DNA of 64,000 nucleotides from NCBI RefSeq assembly GCF_056746865.1, contig NZ_CM163382.1; one strand, 5' to 3'. Shown piece by piece: positions 59,243 to 64,000 of this stretch (position 1 is its first letter; each line of letters starts with the position of its first letter). The notes under the pieces were generated by a model. It saw only the letters and a program-made list of their open reading frames with translations, ran no database searches and was not told where the DNA came from. The position numbers and the translations under genes were made by a program.

Positions 59243-59597
59243 CAAACTGCTCTAACTCTTTCCCTCCTCAAATCAGCCATAATAACCTCATGGTTTTTAT
59301 GGCTTTTTTCTTAAGGTTTTTTCCTTCGCTGAATCTCTAATTATTACCGTCAGAAATTAAACTGTCGCCGATATGAGACACCTGTAAGTTACTAAAAGTA
59401 AATAAGAAAATGCCTCTTGTCTCGTTTCAGTTTTAGGCGTACATTAGCGCCGTCTGGAGCAGTTTAGCTCAGAATTCTGGGGTGATGCCCACGGTAAAAT
59501 ACAGGACTTTTAAGGTCGTTTTGCCCGGTGTCAACTCACTGTATCAGGTGTAATGAAGTCATTCAGGCGTAACAGTAATTACGCGGAGAGATGTAAA

Positions 59598-59669
59598 GTG
59601 AAATATTTCTTTATGGGCATTTCTTTTATGGTCATCGTTTGGGCCGGTACTTTTGCCCTGATGATCTAA
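59598..59669 (+). CDS. ypdK: Very small membrane protein YpdK (23 aa)
   Basis: GTG-initiated ORF VKYFFMGISFMVIVWAGTFALMI* preceded by GGAGAGA; recalled as a K-12 small protein; below ORF-track size cut-off. Confidence 0.45.
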   Translation: MKYFFMGISFMVIVWAGTFALMI

Positions 59670-59690
59670 AAGCAAACTGTGCAATGAAAA

Positions 59691-59713
59691 ACAGGAGCCA
59701 TCTGGCTCCTGTT
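59691..59713. terminator. Bidirectional terminator between ypdK and alaC
   Basis: CAGGAGCCA-TC-TGGCTCCTG hairpin with A-run upstream and TTTGC downstream. Confidence 0.55.
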
Positions 59714-59733
59714 TGCATTTCTGGCGATGGTGT

Positions 59734-60972
59734 TTATTCCGCGTTTTCGTGAATATGTTTGCTGCTGGCGGGAAGTAAACCGTCGGCACGGAACATCGCT
59801 TTAATTCCACGAATCGCCTGACGAATACGGTCGCGGTTTTCAATCAGTGCAAAGCGAACATGCGTGTCGCCGTAGTCGCCAAAGCCAATCCCCGGAGAGA
59901 CACAGACCTTCGCTTCGTTCAGCAGCTTCTTGGCAAATTCCAGCGAGCCCATGGCAGCATACGGTTCCGGGATTTTCGCCCAGACATACATCGAAGCCTT
60001 CGGCATTTCGACCATCCAGCCCGCTTCATGCAGCCCTTTAACCAGTACATCACGGCGGCGTTTGTACTGTTCGGCAATATCGCGCACGCACTGTTGATCG
60101 CCCTCCAGCGCCGCAATCGCTGCCACCTGCAACGGCGTAAAGGTGCCGTAATCGTGATAGCTTTTAATACGTGCCAGCGCGCTGACCAGCGTTTTGTTGC
60201 CAACCATAAAGCCGATACGCCAGCCCGCCATGTTGTAGCTTTTCGACAGCGTAAAGAACTCGACCGCCACATCGCGTGCACCCGGCACCTGCATGATTGA
60301 CGGCGCTTTCCAGCCATCGTAGACGATATCGGCATAGGCCAGGTCATGGACCACCAGCACATCGTAGCGTTTCGCCAGCGCCACAACCTTCACAAAGAAT
60401 TCCAGTTCCACGCATTGCGCGGTTGGGTTCGACGGGAAGCCGAGGATCATCATCTTCGGTTTCGGATAACTTTCGCGAATGGCGCGTTCCAGTTCGTTGA
60501 AGAAATCGACACCTTCCACCAGCGGCACTGAGCGTACCTGCGCCCCGGCAATCACCGCGCCGTAAATATGAATCGGGTAGCTTGGATTAGGCACCAGTAC
60601 AGTGTCACCATGATCCAGCGTCGCCAGCATCAGATGCGCCAGTCCCTCTTTCGAACCAATGGTGACGATGGCTTCTGATTCCGGGTCGATCTCGACGTCG
60701 TAGCGATCCTGATACCAGTGTGAAATGGCGCGACGTAGCCGCGGAATGCCGCGTGAAGTGGAGTAACCATGCGTGTCCGGGCGCTGGGCCACCGTACATA
60801 ATTTTTCGACGATGTGCGGCGGAGTCGCACCGTCCGGGTTACCCATACTGAAATCGATAATATCTTCGCCGCGCCGACGCGCAGCCATTTTCAGTTCAGC
60901 GGTAATATTAAAAACGTAGGGCGGGAGACGATCAATGCGCGTAAAGCGACGTTCAGGGCGAGTGTCAGCCAT
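59734..60972 (-). CDS. alaC: Glutamate-pyruvate aminotransferase AlaC (YfdZ), PLP-dependent
   Basis: 412-aa [24 protein letters not shown] with aminotransferase class I PLP-lysine region ([12 protein letters not shown]). Confidence 0.9.
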   Translation of the reverse strand: MADTRPERRFTRIDRLPPYVFNITAELKMAARRRGEDIIDFSMGNPDGATPPHIVEKLCTVAQRPDTHGYSTSRGIPRLRRAISHWYQDRYDVEIDPESEAIVTIGSKEGLAHLMLATLDHGDTVLVPNPSYPIHIYGAVIAGAQVRSVPLVEGVDFFNELERAIRESYPKPKMMILGFPSNPTAQCVELEFFVKVVALAKRYDVLVVHDLAYADIVYDGWKAPSIMQVPGARDVAVEFFTLSKSYNMAGWRIGFMVGNKTLVSALARIKSYHDYGTFTPLQVAAIAALEGDQQCVRDIAEQYKRRRDVLVKGLHEAGWMVEMPKASMYVWAKIPEPYAAMGSLEFAKKLLNEAKVCVSPGIGFGDYGDTHVRFALIENRDRIRQAIRGIKAMFRADGLLPASSKHIHENAE

Positions 60973-61940
60973 AATTTCCTCAGATTAACGTTAGCGCCCG
61001 GACCGTCCGAGCGACGCTGCCACGATGGTGGCTGTTTTGAAAATAGCCTGATTAATTTCTGTCTGTCCAGCGTTTTAGAACATTTTTATCAATGGCTTTA
61101 AATGAGGAACGCCACTTCAAAAACAGGAAATTTATCTGCGCTAACAAGAAAATTACCACTCATTTTATTAACATTATAATTTCAATAAATTTACCAAGCA
61201 GATGTGCATTATCAAGAGATGCATTGCTAATACACCATTTATCTTTCAATCCCCTTTTAAAATTGTGGTTTTTCCTCAAAAACGGCCTGCTGGTCATCAG
61301 CCTTCAGGTTACCTATCATAGAGGTTTAATCCTTATTCAGAGTCACCCGTGCACGAAATATTCAACATGCTGCTGGCGGTCTTCGATCGGGCAGCGTTAA
61401 TGCTTATCTGCCTGTTCTTTCTCATCCGTATCCGCCTGTTTCGCGAACTGTTGCACAAGTCGGCACACTCACCGAAAGAGCTGCTCGCCGTTACCGCCAT
61501 TTTCTCGTTGTTTGCTCTGTTCAGCACCTGGTCCGGCGTTCCCGTAGAAGGCTCGCTGGTGAACGTTCGTATTATCGCGGTAATGTCAGGCGGGATTCTG
61601 TTTGGCCCGTGGGTAGGCATCATTACCGGCGTGATTGCGGGTATTCACCGGTATTTAATTGATATCGGCGGCGTGACGGCGATCCCCTGCTTTATCACCA
61701 GCATTCTGGCGGGTTGTATATCGGGCTGGATCAACCTGAAAATCCCCAAAGCACAGCGCTGGCGCGTCGGTATTCTCGGCGGCATGTTATGTGAAACGTT
61801 GACCATGATTCTGGTGATTGTCTGGGCACCAACTACCGCGTTGGGGATCGATATCGTCTCTAAAATCGGGATTCCAATGATCCTCGGTAGCGTCTGTATC
61901 GGCTTTATTGTGCTGCTGGTGCAAAGCGTTGAGGGCGAAA

Positions 61941-62649
61941 TAAATATCCTCCGGCATAGCCGGAGGTTTTTCAAATGCGCCTATAAGGCTCTCTTACCAG
62001 CCGCGCCCTAACAGGCGCACACGATCTGACATTTGCATCCAACTTCGTTACTTACGGCCCGTAAACGGGCTGCCCGGATAGGGAATCGATAACTGCTCTC
62101 CCATTTTATCCTCTTCAAGCTGGTGCTTTATGTAATCCTGTATCTTCGCCGTGTTCTTACCCACCGTATCGACGTAGTACCCTCTGCACCAGAACTCCCT
62201 GTTCCTGTATTTGAATTTCAAATCACCAAACTGCTCGTAAAGCATCAGACTGCTTTTCCCTTTCAGATATCCCATAAAGCCGGATACGCTCATTTTGGGC
62301 GGGATCTCCACAAGCATATGGATATGATCTGCACAGCATTCAGCTTCCAGAATCCGTACACTTTTCCACTCACACAGCTTTCTCAAAATACTGCCTATTG
62401 CTCTACGCTTCTCTCTGTAGAACACCTGTCTTCGGTATTTTGGCGCAAATACTATGTGATATTTACAGTTCCATCGGGTGTGCGCTAAGCTCTTTTCGTT
62501 CCCCATTGGGACCCCCTTTTGATTTCTTGTTTGACACTTGCAGTTGCCAGACCGCAAGGTGTTTTAACAAATCAAAAGGGGTTTTAATAACTGGCTTAAA
62601 GCTGAAAGCTTTCCGGAACCCCCAGCCTAGCTGGGGGTTTTCTGTGCAC
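61941..62649 (-). mobile_element. IS200-like element (IS200/IS605 family), ~709 bp, boundaries +/-3 bp
   Basis: Encodes a 152-aa Y1 transposase; terminal hairpins ATCCTCCGGCATAGCCGGAGG and CCCCCAGCCTAGCTGGGGG; size fits IS200; no inverted repeats. Confidence 0.85.
62048..62506 (-). CDS. tnpA: IS200 transposase TnpA (HuH Y1 transposase)
   Basis: MGNEKSLAHTRWNCKYHIVFAPKYRRQVFY...HIHMLVEIPPKMSVSGFMGYLKGKSSLMLY: HuH motif and catalytic Tyr region. Confidence 0.92.
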   Translation of the reverse strand: MGNEKSLAHTRWNCKYHIVFAPKYRRQVFYREKRRAIGSILRKLCEWKSVRILEAECCADHIHMLVEIPPKMSVSGFMGYLKGKSSLMLYEQFGDLKFKYRNREFWCRGYYVDTVGKNTAKIQDYIKHQLEEDKMGEQLSIPYPGSPFTGRK

Positions 62650-63772
62650 AAAAAGAGGCCAGCGCCGCGCGGCAGGCCAAGCTGGCGCTGGATATCGCCA
62701 ACAAAACGCTGCCGCTGTTTCGCCATGTCAATAGCGAGTCATTACGCAAAGTTTGTGAAATTATCCGCGATGATATTCATGCCGATGCGGTGGCGATTAC
62801 CAATACCGATCATGTGCTGGCCTATGTTGGCGTGGGTGAACACAACTATCAGAATGGCGATGACTTCATTAGCCCGACTACCCGACAGGCGATGAATTAC
62901 GGAAAAATCATCATTAAAAACAATGATGAAGCCCACCGCACACCAGAGATTCATTCCATGCTGGTGATCCCATTGTGGGAGAAAGGCGTTGTGACCGGAA
63001 CACTGAAAATTTACTACTGCCACGCGCATCAGATTACGTCATCATTACAGGAAATGGCGGTCGGTCTGTCGCAAATCATCTCCACGCAACTGGAGGTTTC
63101 ACGCGCCGAGCAGCTACGTGAAATGGCAAATAAGGCAGAGCTTCGCGCCCTGCAAAGCAAAATTAATCCCCATTTCCTGTTTAACGCTTTGAACGCTATT
63201 TCATCGTCGATCCGTCTGAATCCGGATACCGCTCGCCAGCTGATCTTTAATCTGTCGCGTTATCTGCGCTATAACATTGAATTAAAAGACGATGAGCAAA
63301 TCGATATCAAAAAAGAGCTGTATCAAATTAAAGACTATATTGCCATTGAGCAGGCCCGCTTTGGCGACAAGCTGACGGTTATCTATGATATTGATGAAGA
63401 GGTGAATTGCTGCATTCCCAGCCTGCTGATCCAGCCGTTGGTGGAGAATGCCATTGTCCACGGTATTCAGCCTTGCAAAGGTAAAGGCGTTGTCACCATC
63501 AGCGTTGCAGAGTGCGGTAATCGGGTACGCATTGCGGTGCGAGACACCGGGCACGGCATCGATCCAAAAGTCATTGAGCGGGTCGAAGCGAACGAAATGC
63601 CGGGCAATAAAATTGGTTTGCTGAATGTCCATCATCGCGTGAAGTTATTGTATGGCGAGGGGCTGCATATCCGCCGCCTGGAACCAGGAACGGAAATTGC
63701 GTTTTACATTCCTAACCAACGCACCCCAGTCGCCTCACAGGCTACGTTATTGCTTTGAGCCGGAGTGATATT

Positions 63773-64000
63773 GTGAAAGTCATCATTGTTGAAGACGAAT
63801 TCCTGGCACAACAGGAACTGAGCTGGCTAATTAAAGAGCACAGCCAGATGGAGATTGTCGGCACCTTTGACGACGGTCTGGACGTGTTGAAGTTTTTGCA
63901 GCATAACCGCGTCGACGCCATTTTTCTGGATATCAATATTCCGTCGCTGGATGGCGTGTTGCTGGCGCAAAACATCAGCCAGTTCGCCCATAAACCGTTT
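63773..64000 (+). CDS. ypdB: LytTR-family response regulator YpdB, partial (N-terminal 76 codons; runs off window end)
   Basis: GTG-initiated VKVIIVEDEFLAQQELSWLIKEHSQMEIVGTFDDGLDVLKFL... receiver domain, immediately downstream of ypdA. Confidence 0.85.
   Translation, partial: MKVIIVEDEFLAQQELSWLIKEHSQMEIVGTFDDGLDVLKFLQHNRVDAIFLDINIPSLDGVLLAQNISQFAHKPF

Larger units (their letters stand above)
61349..63758 (+). pseudogene. ypdA: LytS-type sensor histidine kinase gene ypdA interrupted by an IS200-like insertion (5-prime part 61349..~61940, 3-prime part ~62650..63758)
   Basis: N-terminal 5TM-LytS ORF ([24 protein letters not shown]...LVQSVEGE) runs into foreign sequence; the kinase portion ([21 protein letters not shown]...[12 protein letters not shown]...HATPase) resumes in a different frame after the insertion. 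Confidence 0.8.

Noticed and set aside
59860-60386. 146-aa plus-strand and 155-aa minus-strand ORFs
   Set aside because: Alternative-frame and antisense ORFs inside alaC; alaC frame has clear aminotransferase motifs.
61092-61400. 102-aa plus-strand ORF upstream of ypdA
   Set aside because: Overlaps the ypdA start and promoter region, low-complexity and AT-rich; no support as a gene.

Overview
This window reads as an Escherichia coli chromosomal segment syntenic with the K-12 folC-accD-dedA-truA-usg-pdxB / fabB / mnmC / aroC-prmB / yfc fimbriae / sixA-fadJI / fadL / yfdC-argW / dsdA-emrYK-evgAS / oxalate operon / lpxP-alaC-ypdAB region. All gene identities come from reading the supplied ORF translations against remembered protein families; no database search or computation was run. 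The core housekeeping genes look intact. I did not find an obviously novel multi-gene system such as a defence island, CRISPR array or toxin cluster; the most interesting content is strain-specific accessory and disruptive variation in a non-K-12 background. The main points are: (1) a csc sucrose-utilisation island (cscB-cscK-cscA-cscR) sits next to tRNA-Arg argW and has replaced dsdC and most of dsdX, leaving a dsdX 3-prime stub and an orphan dsdA; (2) a complete IS2 (1331 bp, 5-bp CAAAG target duplication) lies at the yfcP/yfcO junction of the Yfc chaperone-usher fimbrial operon and rewrites the yfcP C-terminus; (3) the usher gene of that operon is a single intact 883-aa ORF; (4) evgS carries a 1-bp deletion that truncates the sensor kinase after its periplasmic/TM region, while EvgA-box palindromes persist at emrK, frc and yfdX; (5) an IS200-like element interrupts the sensor kinase gene ypdA; (6) yfdF, an AT-rich gene of unknown function, contains an internal ~65-aa tandem duplication.
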